This document shows, one piece after another, positions 1 to 10,453 of a DNA stretch of 64,000 bases. The stretch comes from Candidatus Latescibacterota bacterium (GTDB taxonomy: Bacteria > Krumholzibacteriota > Krumholzibacteriia > WVZY01). Location: assembly GCA_963791045.1 (NCBI GenBank), contig CAWBQK010000006.1, positions 320,001-384,000 on the forward strand, read 5' to 3'. The position numbers were made by a program, and so were the translations under genes. Positions within the stretch are counted from its first letter, which is position 1, and every line of letters begins with the position of its first letter. The notes under the pieces were generated by a model. That model was given only the letters and a program-made list of their open reading frames with translations. It was not told where the DNA came from and did no database searches.

Positions 1-2
1 TC

Positions 3-425
3 GCAGTGGGGACGCACGGGACCATCCTCAAGACCACCGACGGCGGCGAAACGTGGGAGCCTCAAGATAGCGGGTCAGACAACCAGCTTATCGATGTAGA
101 ATTCTTCGATAAAAAAACAGGAATCGCGGTTGGCGATGCCGGTACGATCCTTCGCACTATCGATGGGGGAGGTTCGTGGAGCCGGCAGCCGTGCGACCTG
201 TTCGAGTTTCTTTTCGATGTGACACTGGTAGGCGATCAAACGGGTTTTGTAGTGGGGACAGGTGGGACGATTCTCAGATCGACCGATGGCGGGTTAACAT
301 GGCAACAACTCGATACGAGTACATCGGATACATTCCGTGGGTCGTGTGTCACCGAAGCCAATACTCTTGTTATTGTCGGCGACAACGGGACGATCCTCCA
401 GACCACCACTACCATAATCCGTTGA
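3..425 (+). CDS. YCF48/BNR (Asp-box) repeat beta-propeller protein, 5'-truncated by window edge
   Basis: Repeats GTILKTTDGGETW, GTILRTIDGGGSW, GTILRSTDGGLTW, GTILQTT; frame open to window start. Confidence 0.85.
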   Translation, partial: AVGTHGTILKTTDGGETWEPQDSGSDNQLIDVEFFDKKTGIAVGDAGTILRTIDGGGSWSRQPCDLFEFLFDVTLVGDQTGFVVGTGGTILRSTDGGLTWQQLDTSTSDTFRGSCVTEANTLVIVGDNGTILQTTTTIIR

Positions 426-540
426 GTGACGTGGGGGGCGAACCGGAACGCCGGATGGCAATTCCTTCCCTTGTGCGATTCACAACGTTTATGGGGTGAA
501 GTGGGCTGCTGTTTTTGAGTTTGAACGGAAAGGTCTCAAG

Positions 541-1626
541 TTGACCGTGCCAATCGTTCTTGTGGTTTTTGGGTTGGTTGCGCTGGTGGTTGGCGGTGAG
601 CTACTTGTGCGCGGAGCGTCGCGTATCGCGCTTTTCTGGGGTGTCTCGCCGATGGTTATCGGGTTGACGGTGGTAGCGTTCGGCACCAGCGCGCCCGAAG
701 CGGCGGTCAGCGTTTTCTCGGCGCTGCGGGGCCAGACAGACATAGCGCTCGGCAACGTGATCGGCAGCAATATTATTAATGTTCTTGTTGTGTTGGGGCT
801 TTCTGCGCTCATCGTTCCTCTGGTCGTGAATCAGAAGGTGGTTCGATTCGAAGTGCCCCTCGGTGTCGCCGTTACGCTGCTCCTGGTGGGTATGGCTTGG
901 GACGGGACCATTAGCAGGCTCGACGGTTCAATCCTTTTTTTCTGTATAGTTGCATACGTCGTGTGGGCGATCCGTAAGAGCCGGAGCGAGTCGGACGAGG
1001 TTCAGAAAGTATACGCCCGTCAATTTGAGACCCTGGCGCAAAAAAGCGGCCATGTTGCGAAGCAGGTGCTGGTTATCGCCGGAGGCGTCGGGCTGCTCGT
1101 ACTCGGATCGAAATTTCTGGTGGACGGTGCTTCCTCGATTGCGAGGCACTTTGGCATCAGCGATCTCGTTATTGGATTGACCATCGTTGCGGCCGGGACC
1201 TCGCTTCCCGAGGTCGCTACTTCCATTGTCGCCGGAGTCAAAGGGGAAAGGGATATCGCGGTCGGGAATGCGGTGGGCAGCAATCTGTTCAATATTCTGT
1301 TCGTGCTGGGGCTGTCCGGAATTGTATCTCCCAATGGTTTGCCGGTACACCCCGAGGTGCTGCGGTTCGATTTGTGGGTCATGCTTGGTGTTTCCGTTTT
1401 GATGTTGCCCGTTTTCTTTTCGGGATACCGCGTCGCGCGCTGGGAGGGTGGCGTGTTCGTCCTTTTTTACGGGCTCTATATTGGTTATCTCGTTCTGTCC
1501 GCATCCGAGTTCTCCGGTCTGCCGCGTTTCAGGTTTGGGGTGCTTCTATTCGTTATTCCCATGGTTGTCCTGATGAGCGGAACGGCCGTGTACCAGTTGA
1601 TCTTTCGGAGGCAAAAGCAGGTCTAA
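541..1626 (+). CDS. yrbG: Calcium/sodium antiporter (CaCA, YrbG family)
   Basis: Two alpha-repeats GTSAPE...GNVIGSN and GTSLPE...GNAVGSN; many TM helices; start TTG541 or GTG547 after GGAAAGG. Confidence 0.9.
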   Translation: MTVPIVLVVFGLVALVVGGELLVRGASRIALFWGVSPMVIGLTVVAFGTSAPEAAVSVFSALRGQTDIALGNVIGSNIINVLVVLGLSALIVPLVVNQKVVRFEVPLGVAVTLLLVGMAWDGTISRLDGSILFFCIVAYVVWAIRKSRSESDEVQKVYARQFETLAQKSGHVAKQVLVIAGGVGLLVLGSKFLVDGASSIARHFGISDLVIGLTIVAAGTSLPEVATSIVAGVKGERDIAVGNAVGSNLFNILFVLGLSGIVSPNGLPVHPEVLRFDLWVMLGVSVLMLPVFFSGYRVARWEGGVFVLFYGLYIGYLVLSASEFSGLPRFRFGVLLFVIPMVVLMSGTAVYQLIFRRQKQV

Positions 1627-1752
1627 GTTTGAGTCTGTCAGGAATCAGGCAATGAGGCCTCCAAACGAAAATGAATAATCAAGAAATTTGATGAGTTCCG
1701 CCCCGAAGCCTCGCCCCCGCAAGCCGCCCATGCACGCAAATCCCGAAACCCT

Positions 1753-1781
1753 TTGACTTTACTTGCATTTTCACGTAACCT
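1753..1781 (+). promoter_or_regulatory. Putative sigma70 promoter of the polysaccharide operon
   Basis: TTGACT-N17-TAACCT ending 32 nt before ATG1814. Confidence 0.5.
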
Positions 1782-1813
1782 TATGCGGTTCAAAAACGAC
1801 GAAAGGGTTGCAA

Positions 1814-2764
1814 ATGAAAGTTCTCATAACCGGAATCACCGGGTTTGCGGGGAGCCATCTCGCTGACTATTGCCTGGCACGCGGCGGGATGGACGTGTAC
1901 GGGATTGTCCGCTGGCGGAGCCGGACCGAAAATATCGAACATCTTTATAACGACGTGAAATTTGTCGAATGCGACCTGCGTGACGCGTCATCGACGCGTG
2001 ACGTTATCGACGATATCCGTCCCCACTATATCTTTCATCTGGCCGCTCAGAGTTTTGTCCCGACGAGTTGGCACGCGCCGACCGAGAGTCTGACGACAAA
2101 TGTGATCGGGCAGCTTAACATTTTTGAGGCGGTCCGCAAAATCGATCTCAAGGCACGAATTCAAATTGCATGTTCGAGTGAAGAATACGGGATGGTCGCG
2201 GAAGACGAACTTCCGATTACCGAAGATTCGCCGCTTCGCCCGTTGAGTCCGTATGGGGTGAGCAAGGTGGCGCAGGATCTCCTCGGATACCAGTATTACA
2301 TGAGCTACAAAATGGACATCGTCCGTACGCGGGGATTCAACCACACCGGGCCCCGCCGAGCGCCTGTATTTGTCGTTTCCGATTTTGCAAAGCAAATAGT
2401 AGAGGTGGAAAAGGGTCTGCGCGAACCGGTGCTTTCCGTGGGAAATCTCGACGCCGAGCGTGATTTCACCGATGTCCGCGACATGGTGCGGGCGTATTTC
2501 CTGGCCCTTGAGAAGGGCAAGAGCGGTGAGGTGTACAATATCTGTTCGGAGACGTCGTGGAAGATCCAGACGATGCTGGACAAGCTGATCTCGCTGACAA
2601 CGGTCAATATCGAAGTCAAAACCGATCCCGCCCGTCTTCGCCCGTCGGACGTCCCGCGGCTACGCGGTGACTGTTCGAGGTTCAAGAAGGACACCGGTTG
2701 GAAACCGGAGATTCCCTTCGACAAGACTCTTCAAGACATGCTCGATTACTGGAGAAATCGTTAG
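1814..2764 (+). CDS. GDP-mannose 4,6-dehydratase-like extended SDR
   Basis: LITGITGFAG Rossmann motif, HLAAQSFV, SSEEYG, YGVSK, RDFTDVRD. Confidence 0.85.
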   Translation: MKVLITGITGFAGSHLADYCLARGGMDVYGIVRWRSRTENIEHLYNDVKFVECDLRDASSTRDVIDDIRPHYIFHLAAQSFVPTSWHAPTESLTTNVIGQLNIFEAVRKIDLKARIQIACSSEEYGMVAEDELPITEDSPLRPLSPYGVSKVAQDLLGYQYYMSYKMDIVRTRGFNHTGPRRAPVFVVSDFAKQIVEVEKGLREPVLSVGNLDAERDFTDVRDMVRAYFLALEKGKSGEVYNICSETSWKIQTMLDKLISLTTVNIEVKTDPARLRPSDVPRLRGDCSRFKKDTGWKPEIPFDKTLQDMLDYWRNR

Positions 2765-2774
2765 GAGCGACACG

Positions 2775-3731
2775 GTGAGCCGGGTGCTGGTGACAGGTTG
2801 TGAAGGGTTTGTCGGACCTTACGTCGTCGACGCGCTTGCGCGCGGCGGCCACGAGGTTTGGGGAACCGACATCAAAGAGACGTCTCGACGTCTCGAAGAC
2901 GCTCGCTATGCGGTAGCCGATCTCTGCGACCAGCGCGCCGCGAAGGCTCTGCTCGAAGAAATAGAACCGGACGCGGTTGTTCATCTTGCCGCGCAGTCGA
3001 GTGCGGCAAGGTCGTTTGGAGAGCCGTTCGTCACCGTGACACAAAATTTGCTCCCCGTCCTCAGTCTTCTCGAGTATGCAAGAACTCGAGCCGGCGGGAT
3101 GCGTATCCTTGCCGTGGGGTCTGCGGATATATACGGGCCTGTGAATCCGTCGGATATTCCGCTCAAAGAGACACTCCCGCCCAACCCGGTAAACCCATAC
3201 GCGTTGAGCAAGGTGTTCCAGGAACGCTGCTGCGTTCAATACGCAAGTTTGTACGGGATCCAGGCGGTGATGACGAGGAGTTTCAACCACACGGGGAGCG
3301 GTCAGCGCGACATTTTCGTGCTCCCGAGTTTCGCCAGGCAGGTTATTGAAATCAAAAAGGGGCTGAGGGAGCCGGTGGTGACGGTCGGCAATGTGGATGT
3401 CAGGCGTGATTTCAGCGACGTTCGGGATGTAGTCGCCGCATATGCGCTGCTTCTCGAACGCGGTCGCCCGGGAGAGATGTATAATGTGTGCTCGGGCGAA
3501 TCGCACAGTCTGCGCGATCTTCTCGGGACGTTGTGCGCGCTCGCGGGAGTGGGTCCCGAGATCAGGGTTGACCCCGAGAGAATCAGGCCTGTTGACATGG
3601 AGGAACTTCGCGGAGACAAATCGAAGATTGTGTCGGATACGGGGTGGGAGGCAAAATTCACGATTGAGGATACCATGAAGTCGCTTCTTGATTTCTGGGA
3701 AGAAGAAATCGGGTCCGGCGGCGCGAACTAG
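2775..3731 (+). CDS. Second GDP-sugar extended SDR (GDP-mannose dehydratase / Rmd-like reductase)
   Basis: VTGCEGFVG, HLAAQS, YALSK, FNHTG, RRDFSDVRD; GTG2775 after AGGAG. Confidence 0.8.
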   Translation: MSRVLVTGCEGFVGPYVVDALARGGHEVWGTDIKETSRRLEDARYAVADLCDQRAAKALLEEIEPDAVVHLAAQSSAARSFGEPFVTVTQNLLPVLSLLEYARTRAGGMRILAVGSADIYGPVNPSDIPLKETLPPNPVNPYALSKVFQERCCVQYASLYGIQAVMTRSFNHTGSGQRDIFVLPSFARQVIEIKKGLREPVVTVGNVDVRRDFSDVRDVVAAYALLLERGRPGEMYNVCSGESHSLRDLLGTLCALAGVGPEIRVDPERIRPVDMEELRGDKSKIVSDTGWEAKFTIEDTMKSLLDFWEEEIGSGGAN

Positions 3732-3771
3732 AAATTTAACGGAGAAATAACACCACTACGGAGGAAACAGA

Positions 3772-5109
3772 GTGATACGAGTTTGTATGATCGGAACAGG
3801 GTACGTCGGGCTGGTTTCCGGTTCCTGTCTCGCCGACTTTGGAAACACGGTCAGATGCGTCGATATAGACGCCGCCCGGATAGATATGCTAAACGACGGC
3901 GGAATACCGATTTACGAGCCGGGGTTGAAAGAAATGGTCGCGAGAAATGTCGAGAGCGGAAGACTTACATTTGCGACTGACCTCGCCGACGCGGTCAAAA
4001 ACTCGGACGTGATTTTTGTCGCGGTGGGTACTCCGCCTCGGCCCGATGGTTCAAGCGACTTGTCATATGTATACAACGTCGCGGAATCCGTGGCGAAGTA
4101 CCTGGACGAGTACAAAGTCATCGTGTCCAAGAGCACCGTGCCTGTTGGGACGACACGCGAGGTTGCCGCCTATATCAAAGAACGCGCGCCGGAGGGCGCC
4201 GAGTTCGACGTGGTGGCGAACCCGGAATTTCTCCGCGAGGGATCGGCCGTCGAGGATTTCATGCGGCCAAACCGCGTGGTTATCGGCGTCGAATCGGACA
4301 GGGCGATGGAAATGATGAAGAAAGTCTACCGTCCGCTCTACCTGATCGAGACTCCGATCGTTTTCACCGACCTCGAAACAGCCGAGCTGGTCAAGTATGC
4401 GAGCAACGCGTTTCTTGCGACAAAGATCTCTTTTATTAACGAGATCGCGGCGATAAGCGAACTCGTCGGGGCGAATGTCGATGATGTTGCCAAGAGTATG
4501 GGCCTCGACCAGAGAATAGGTTCGAAATTTCTCCATGCCGGTGTGGGTTTTGGCGGGTCGTGCCTGCCCAAAGACATTTCATCGCTCTACCATCTGGCGG
4601 TGTCGAAGGGGTACGAACCCCGGATCGTCGGCGCGATTTCGGATCTTAACAAAGCGCTCCCCGCAAAAGCGGTCCAGAAGGTGAGAGACGAAATCGGTGG
4701 TCTCGAGAGCAAAACCATTGGAATCCTTGGGCTTGCATTCAAACCCAATACCGATGATTTGCGCGACGGCGCGGCGACGAGCATCATCACCGAGCTGCTC
4801 GAAGAGAAAGCGCATGTCCGTGTGTTTGATCCCGTGGCAATGGAGAACTTCGAGAAAACATATAAGTTTCCGATCGACTACTGTAAGAGTTCGTACGAGG
4901 TGGCGGAAGGATGCGACGCGCTCATGCTCGTGACCGAATGGAACGAATTCAGACAACTCGATCTGCCGAGGCTCAAAGAGCTGATGCGCCGGCCGATTTT
5001 TATCGATTGCCGCAATGTTTACAAACCGCAGAGAATGATTGATGCCGGATTCCGTTACCGCTCTTTTGGACGCGGAATTGAACGGCAGGGAAAAAAGGAG
5101 AACAAGTAA
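3772..5109 (+). CDS. ugd: UDP-glucose 6-dehydrogenase
   Basis: GTGYVG, KSTVPVGT, NPEFLREG, catalytic GFGGSCLPKD, FKPNTDD. Confidence 0.93.
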   Translation: MIRVCMIGTGYVGLVSGSCLADFGNTVRCVDIDAARIDMLNDGGIPIYEPGLKEMVARNVESGRLTFATDLADAVKNSDVIFVAVGTPPRPDGSSDLSYVYNVAESVAKYLDEYKVIVSKSTVPVGTTREVAAYIKERAPEGAEFDVVANPEFLREGSAVEDFMRPNRVVIGVESDRAMEMMKKVYRPLYLIETPIVFTDLETAELVKYASNAFLATKISFINEIAAISELVGANVDDVAKSMGLDQRIGSKFLHAGVGFGGSCLPKDISSLYHLAVSKGYEPRIVGAISDLNKALPAKAVQKVRDEIGGLESKTIGILGLAFKPNTDDLRDGAATSIITELLEEKAHVRVFDPVAMENFEKTYKFPIDYCKSSYEVAEGCDALMLVTEWNEFRQLDLPRLKELMRRPIFIDCRNVYKPQRMIDAGFRYRSFGRGIERQGKKENK

Positions 5110-5567
5110 TGATCGATGGCGTCATTGTCAAAAAGCTCAAACTCATTCCGGACGAGCGCGGTTACCTGATGGAGATGTTGCGGGCCGACGATCCGTTTTT
5201 TCAGAAGTTCGGGCAGGTATACCTCACCGTGGCCTATCCCGGCGTCGTAAAAGGGTGGCACTATCACAAAGTCCAAACGGACCATTTTGTCGCCGTGTCG
5301 GGGATGGTCAAGGTGGTTCTCTACGACAGCCGGAAGGAGTCAAAGCACATACGGAGAGGTGAACGAGTTTTTCATGGGTGAACATCAACCCGATGCTTCT
5401 TGTCATCCCGCCGATGGTGGCGCACGGGATGAAAGGCGTTGGCACGAAGCCGGGGATGATCATCAATTGTCCGACAGAAGTCTACAAATACGACGATCCC
5501 GACGAGCACAGGATCGACCCGCACAACAACGATATTCCGTACGACTGGGAACGGAAAGAGCAGATAG
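5109..5567 (+). CDS. rfbC: dTDP-4-dehydrorhamnose 3,5-epimerase family (frameshifted in assembly)
   Basis: DERGYL, GWHYH, TYGEVNEFFMGE, IPPMVAHG spread over successive frames; +1 shifts near 5346, 5386, 5560; inferred TAG 5565-5567. Confidence 0.8.
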
Positions 5568-5577
5568 GAGGGTGTCC

Positions 5578-6616
5578 GTGGCAGTCCTTTAAGAAGATTC
5601 TTGTGAGCGGCGGAGCAGGGTTTATCGGTTCCAACTTTATTCATTACATGCACGCACGTCACGGCGATTGCCGGATCGTCGTCCTCGACGCGCTTACCTA
5701 TGCGGGTAACCTCGAGAACCTCGCCGGTCTCCTCGACGGTGGGCGTGTCGAATTTGTAAAGGGATCGATATCGAACCCCGATATCGTCCTGAAGGCGATG
5801 GAGGGTTGCGACGCGGTGTTCAATTTCGCCGCGGAAACACACGTCGACCGTTCGATCCGCGAGGCGGCGACATTTATCGATACCGATGTTAACGGAACTT
5901 ACACGATGCTTCGCGCCGCCTCGGAATTGGGAGTCAAGCGGTTCATCCAGGTGTCGACCGACGAGGTCTACGGGAGTTCCGCGGGCGAGTATTTCACAGA
6001 ATCGTCGCCGCTCAAACCGGGCAATCCGTACTCGGCGAGCAAGTGCGGTGGCGACCTGATGTGCCAGGCCTTCTTCAACACCTTTGATGTTCCTGTGGTT
6101 ATCACCCGTAGTTCCAATAACTTCGGGCCGTTCCAGCATGTCGAGAAATTCATTCCCCTATTTATCACCAATACGATAGAAGGAAAGGAACTCCCGCTCT
6201 ACGGCGATGGGCGGCACGAGCGCGATTGGATCTTCGTCGAAGACAACTGCTCAGCGATAGAAGCGGTTGGGCTTCGCGGCGAGCCGGGCGAAATCTACAA
6301 CATCGCCGTCGGTCAGAGCCGTCCCAATATCGAGGTGGCGGAGATCATTCTCGATTTCCTGGGGGCGCCGAGATCGCGGATCGTTTTCATTGAAGACCGC
6401 AAGGGGCATGACCGCGCCTATCTCATGGACAGCTCGAAAACCGAAAGTCTTGGCTGGAAGCCGGAGTCTGATTTCAAAACCGCCCTCGAACGCACCGTTG
6501 CGTGGTACAAGGACAACGAGGAGTGGTGGCGGCGGGTCAAGTCCGGCGCGTTCCGCGAATACTACGACAGTCACTATTCGGACAAATTGAAAAAAGGCAA
6601 ATCGCATGGCGTATAA
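5578..6616 (+). CDS. rfbB: dTDP-glucose 4,6-dehydratase
   Basis: GGAGFIG, DALTYAGN, FAAETHVDRS, STDEVYG, YSASK; inferred GTG5578 after GGAGG with a +1 shift just downstream. Confidence 0.9.
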
Positions 6617-7695
6617 AGTTGTCGCCGTGGTGGGGGCCCGGCCGAACTACATGAAAGTCGCCCCCATCTGGCGTGAACTCGACAAGCACGATCACGTATC
6701 GAAACGTCTCGTCCACACGGGACAGCATTATGATCGCAACATGTCGAAGGTTTTCTTTGACGACCTCAAGCTGCCAAAGCCCGATGTGTTTCTGGGCGTC
6801 GGTTCGGGTTCGCACGGCGAACAGACCGGCAAGGTAATGACCCTGTTCGAAAAAACGCTTGTTCGTGATCGCCCCGACATCGTCATCGTCGTCGGGGATG
6901 TGAATTCGACAATGGCGGGGACACTCGTCGCGGTGAAAATGGGGATCCCGGTGGCCCACGTCGAGGCGGGCTTGCGGAGTTTTGACCGTGAGATGCCCGA
7001 AGAGATCAACCGGATGGTCACCGATATTCTCGCCGGGCTTTTGTTCACATCCGAGCGCGGAGCCGAGGAGAATCTTCTGCGCGAGGGCGTTGACAAGGAC
7101 AAGATCCACTTCGTCGGCAACGTGATGATCGACAGCCTCAACTTCTACCGGCCGATGGCGGAGAAATCGACGGTTCTCGAGGACCTCGCGCTGGAGCGGG
7201 GAGGTTACGGACTCGTTACCCTGCACCGTCCGTCCAATGTCGATCGACCCGGAAAGTCTCCGGGGCATCCTGGGGGCGCTCACCGAGCTCGGAGCCACAT
7301 GTCCGCTCGTTTTTCCCGCGCATCCGCGGACTCGTAAGATTATTGAAGACAATAAGATAGATATCCCTCCCCAAAATATCCAAATTTTAGATCCCATTGG
7401 GTACCTCGATTTTGCTAAGTTAATGATGTACTCGCGCATCGTTCTCACCGATTCAGGAGGTATTCAAGAAGAGACCACTGTGCTCGGCATTCCGTGTTTG
7501 ACGATTCGGGAAAACACAGAGAGGCCAGTCACCATCGAGATCGGTACCAACCGGCTCGTCGGTGTCTCTCCCAGGCGGATTCTCGAAGAGGGAATGGACG
7601 TTCTCTCTCGCGGTCCGAAGGAAGGGAGAGTTCCCGAATTATGGGACGGTAAGACCTCTCAACGAATTGTTCGCGTGATCAACGAGTATCTATGA
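6606..7695 (+). CDS. wecB: UDP-N-acetylglucosamine 2-epimerase (non-hydrolysing), frameshifted near 7251
   Basis: GARPNYMK, HTGQHY, HVEAGLRS, TLHRPSN in ORF 6606; DSGGIQEE, RENTERP in +1 frame ORF ending 7695. Confidence 0.9.
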
Positions 7696-9200
7696 ACGCA
7701 CCCAAAGCGAGCTGGTCTTTTCAGAATACGTCACTCGAGCGTAGCTTCATCTGGAGTCTTGCCATCACCGCACTGCCCGTAATCACGGGCTTCGTCGTGT
7801 CGTGGGTAATCGCGCGGTGGGCCGGTCCCTCGGTCGTTGGAACGGTGTCATGGGTGATGTCGTTCGCCACCACGCTTCTTATTCTCGCCAAGTTTGGTTT
7901 GGACCTGGCGACATCGAGATTGGCCAGTGAATACGGTGTGAAATCGCCCGGGAAGCTTCGCGCGCTTTTTCGCGCCGGGTTTGGCCTGCGGGCGGCGCTC
8001 ACATTTGTCGTGTCAATGAGCGCGCTTATATTCGCCCCGCAAATCGCGACGTTTTTCAACGACGCCGATCTTACCGCTCCGGTCCGCGTCGGCGCCGTCA
8101 TTGTAGTGTGCGCGAGTTTCTACGAATTCAAAGAAAACTTTCTGATCGGTCTCAACAGATTTAAAACCGTTTACAAGGTGCGGAGCCTCCATCTGTCACT
8201 TCGCATTGCTCTGACTATGCTGCTCGTTGTAACCGGCGCCGGCGCGACGAAGATTCTCGGCGGCTACTGTATCGCCTGGGTGATTGCGATCGTGGTGTAC
8301 GCCCTCCTGCTCTACAGGTTTTTGCCGCACGCCGATTCGCTGCCCGGGCCCGACGACCATTTCGGGCGTCTTGTCCGGATGAGCCTGGCGCTTGCGGTCA
8401 GCGGCGCGTCAGTGACGATTTATTCGCACATGGACAGGCTCATTCTCGGGTACTTCTCCGGCGTGGCGGAGGTGGGGCAGTACACAGTGGCGAGGAATAT
8501 CACCGAAGTGTCGCTTTTCCCCGTTTTCGCGGCGATGATGATGTTGCGGCCGGCGCTTGCATCGAGGTTCTCGACGGATGGGGTCGGGGAGTGCTCCAGG
8601 ATTATTCGCAACACCCTGAGGTTCGCGTTTGTGTCTGGAATCCTTTTCTGCTCGGTTTTTGTGGTTCTCGGCGCGCCCCTCGTCACGCTGGTTTTTTCGG
8701 AAGAGTTCGCTTACTCGGGGCAGCTGCTCGTCTTTTTTGTGGGAGTCATCGCTTTAAGGTCGCTGGGCGCGGTGATCCTCCCCGCGCTGATCGCGGCCGA
8801 ACGAACCCGATTGTACGCGTATTTGACTACCGCGTCGGCAATTACGTACTTCGCGCTGAGCCTTTATCTAGTGCCGCGTTTCGCGTCGAAGGGGGCTATC
8901 GTGGCGACGGTGATTTCGTACGGTTTGATTCTCGTTCTGGGACTCAGAGAGGTTTTCTCGATTTACCAGGTCAGGATTGGATGGCGTCCTTTATCACTTT
9001 TTTTTCGCACGATTCTTGCTGGAGCGATGGCGAGCGGCATTACGTGGCGGATTGTTGGACGATCGCCCGCCAACTGGACTGTGATCCCGTGGGCGCTGCT
9101 CATATCCGTTCTCTATCTAATTTTGATATTTGCACTTCGAGTTGGCAGTTTCAGCGAAGTTAAGGGTCTGCTGACTAACATGAAGCAAACAAATAAGTAA
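7692..9200 (+). CDS. wzx: Polysaccharide flippase (Wzx/MOP superfamily)
   Basis: 502 aa with roughly 12-14 TM helices, DRLILG...VGQY motif, position in sugar cluster. Confidence 0.85.
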   Translation: MNAPKASWSFQNTSLERSFIWSLAITALPVITGFVVSWVIARWAGPSVVGTVSWVMSFATTLLILAKFGLDLATSRLASEYGVKSPGKLRALFRAGFGLRAALTFVVSMSALIFAPQIATFFNDADLTAPVRVGAVIVVCASFYEFKENFLIGLNRFKTVYKVRSLHLSLRIALTMLLVVTGAGATKILGGYCIAWVIAIVVYALLLYRFLPHADSLPGPDDHFGRLVRMSLALAVSGASVTIYSHMDRLILGYFSGVAEVGQYTVARNITEVSLFPVFAAMMMLRPALASRFSTDGVGECSRIIRNTLRFAFVSGILFCSVFVVLGAPLVTLVFSEEFAYSGQLLVFFVGVIALRSLGAVILPALIAAERTRLYAYLTTASAITYFALSLYLVPRFASKGAIVATVISYGLILVLGLREVFSIYQVRIGWRPLSLFFRTILAGAMASGITWRIVGRSPANWTVIPWALLISVLYLILIFALRVGSFSEVKGLLTNMKQTNK

Positions 9201-9212
9201 CAGTTTTCCCGC

Positions 9213-9241
9213 TTGACAGGCCGCAAATGGCCAGATATCGT
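9213..9241 (+). promoter_or_regulatory. Putative sigma70 promoter
   Basis: TTGACA-N17-TATCGT upstream of wecA-like gene. Confidence 0.55.
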
Positions 9242-9286
9242 CCACCTTGAGCGGGAGGGATTGAACAAAAAGTGTTAGGAGGAGGC

Positions 9287-10372
9287 TTGGCTGGTCTTCA
9301 CGCATTGGTGGCGTTTTCGCTTTCGTTCGTCGTGGTTGCTGCGTCGACGCCAATCATCAGAAGATACGCGCTTCAGTGGAAACTCGGTGACAAGCCTAAC
9401 GGGCGGAAGATCCACACGAGCACTATTCCGCACCTTGGTGGTATCGGGATGGTCATCGGTGTATTCGGAAGCCTCGGTGTTGTGGCCGGCTTCCTGGCCG
9501 CGCCCGGCTCCGGCCTTTCCGGATTCCTCCTCAAGATTCTGATCCCCGTGCTGATGGTCGCCGCGCTGGGTGTCACCGATGACACCAAGAATCTGCGGGC
9601 GAGCCAGAAACTCGCCATCCAGACTCTGGCCTCGATAATCATTGCCGTGTCGGGCATCCATCTTCTCTCCGGTATCCCGGCATTGGATTCGCATCTGATG
9701 TTCGTGATTATTCTGACAACATTCTATCTCGTTGGTATTTCGAGCTCGGTAAACCTCATCGATGGCCACGACGGATTGGCCGCCGGTGTGACGTGCATCT
9801 CGGCGATCGCGTTTGGCTTGACGGCGTTTCTTCTCGACGCCCCGGTTCTCGTTTGTACGTCGCTTGCCGTCGCCGGGTCATGTTTGGGATTTCTTCTTTA
9901 TAATTTCCCCCCAGGCAAGATCTTCATGGGCGATACGGGCAGTCTTTTTCTTGGAATCATTCTCGGCATTCTCGCTTGTTCGGTTACGATGCTCGCCCCC
10001 AGCGTGAATACATTTTTCGGTGTTTGTTTTATCCTCTCGATCCCGATGCTCGATTCGTGGCTCGCGATCGCGAGACGCGTCGCGCTGCGACGACCGGTGT
10101 TTGAGGCGGACTGCATGCACATACATCATGTGTTGAGGTCTTTTGGTTTCTCTCCTCGCAAGACACTCGTGATTCTCTATTCGATGCAGGCCGTGATGGC
10201 CGTGTTTGGTGTTCTTGCCATCAAGGGGTTTGTTTTTCCGATCATCGCCGGGCTCGCGTTCCTGCTCCTCGTCTTCGTCGCTTTTTACAGGATGATGGTG
10301 GTGTCGAAAGGGACTCAGCCTGAGTTGTCTTCGGAATTTGTTCCCGGTTCGATCCCCTCTCTTGAGAAGTAG
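9287..10372 (+). CDS. wecA: Undecaprenyl-phosphate HexNAc-1-phosphate transferase (WecA/TagO, MraY family)
   Basis: RKIH..IPHLGG, GVTDD, NLIDGHDGL, YNFPPGKIFMGDTG, HIHH; TTG9287 after GGAGGAGG. Confidence 0.9.
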   Translation: MAGLHALVAFSLSFVVVAASTPIIRRYALQWKLGDKPNGRKIHTSTIPHLGGIGMVIGVFGSLGVVAGFLAAPGSGLSGFLLKILIPVLMVAALGVTDDTKNLRASQKLAIQTLASIIIAVSGIHLLSGIPALDSHLMFVIILTTFYLVGISSSVNLIDGHDGLAAGVTCISAIAFGLTAFLLDAPVLVCTSLAVAGSCLGFLLYNFPPGKIFMGDTGSLFLGIILGILACSVTMLAPSVNTFFGVCFILSIPMLDSWLAIARRVALRRPVFEADCMHIHHVLRSFGFSPRKTLVILYSMQAVMAVFGVLAIKGFVFPIIAGLAFLLLVFVAFYRMMVVSKGTQPELSSEFVPGSIPSLEK

Positions 10373-10411
10373 TTACAGCACTAGAATCCCTTCCGCGCGC
10401 GTTTTCCCCCG

Positions 10412-10440
10412 TTGACGATGACGGTCTTGTGTGGTATTTA
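10412..10440 (+). promoter_or_regulatory. Putative sigma70 promoter
   Basis: TTGACG-N17-TATTTA with TG at extended -10 position. Confidence 0.4.
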
Positions 10441-10453
10441 TTAGTCCACTCAG

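Noticed and set aside
471-485. TTGTG-N5-CACAA palindrome and possible ion riboswitch upstream of the antiporter
   Set aside because: Too short for a Rex box; no yybP-ykoY or fluoride riboswitch core motifs seen
5378-6616. Apparent RfbC-RfbB fusion (412-aa ORF)
   Set aside because: Explained by +1 insertions; a TAG (5565), GGAGG RBS and GTG (5578) are visible at the junction
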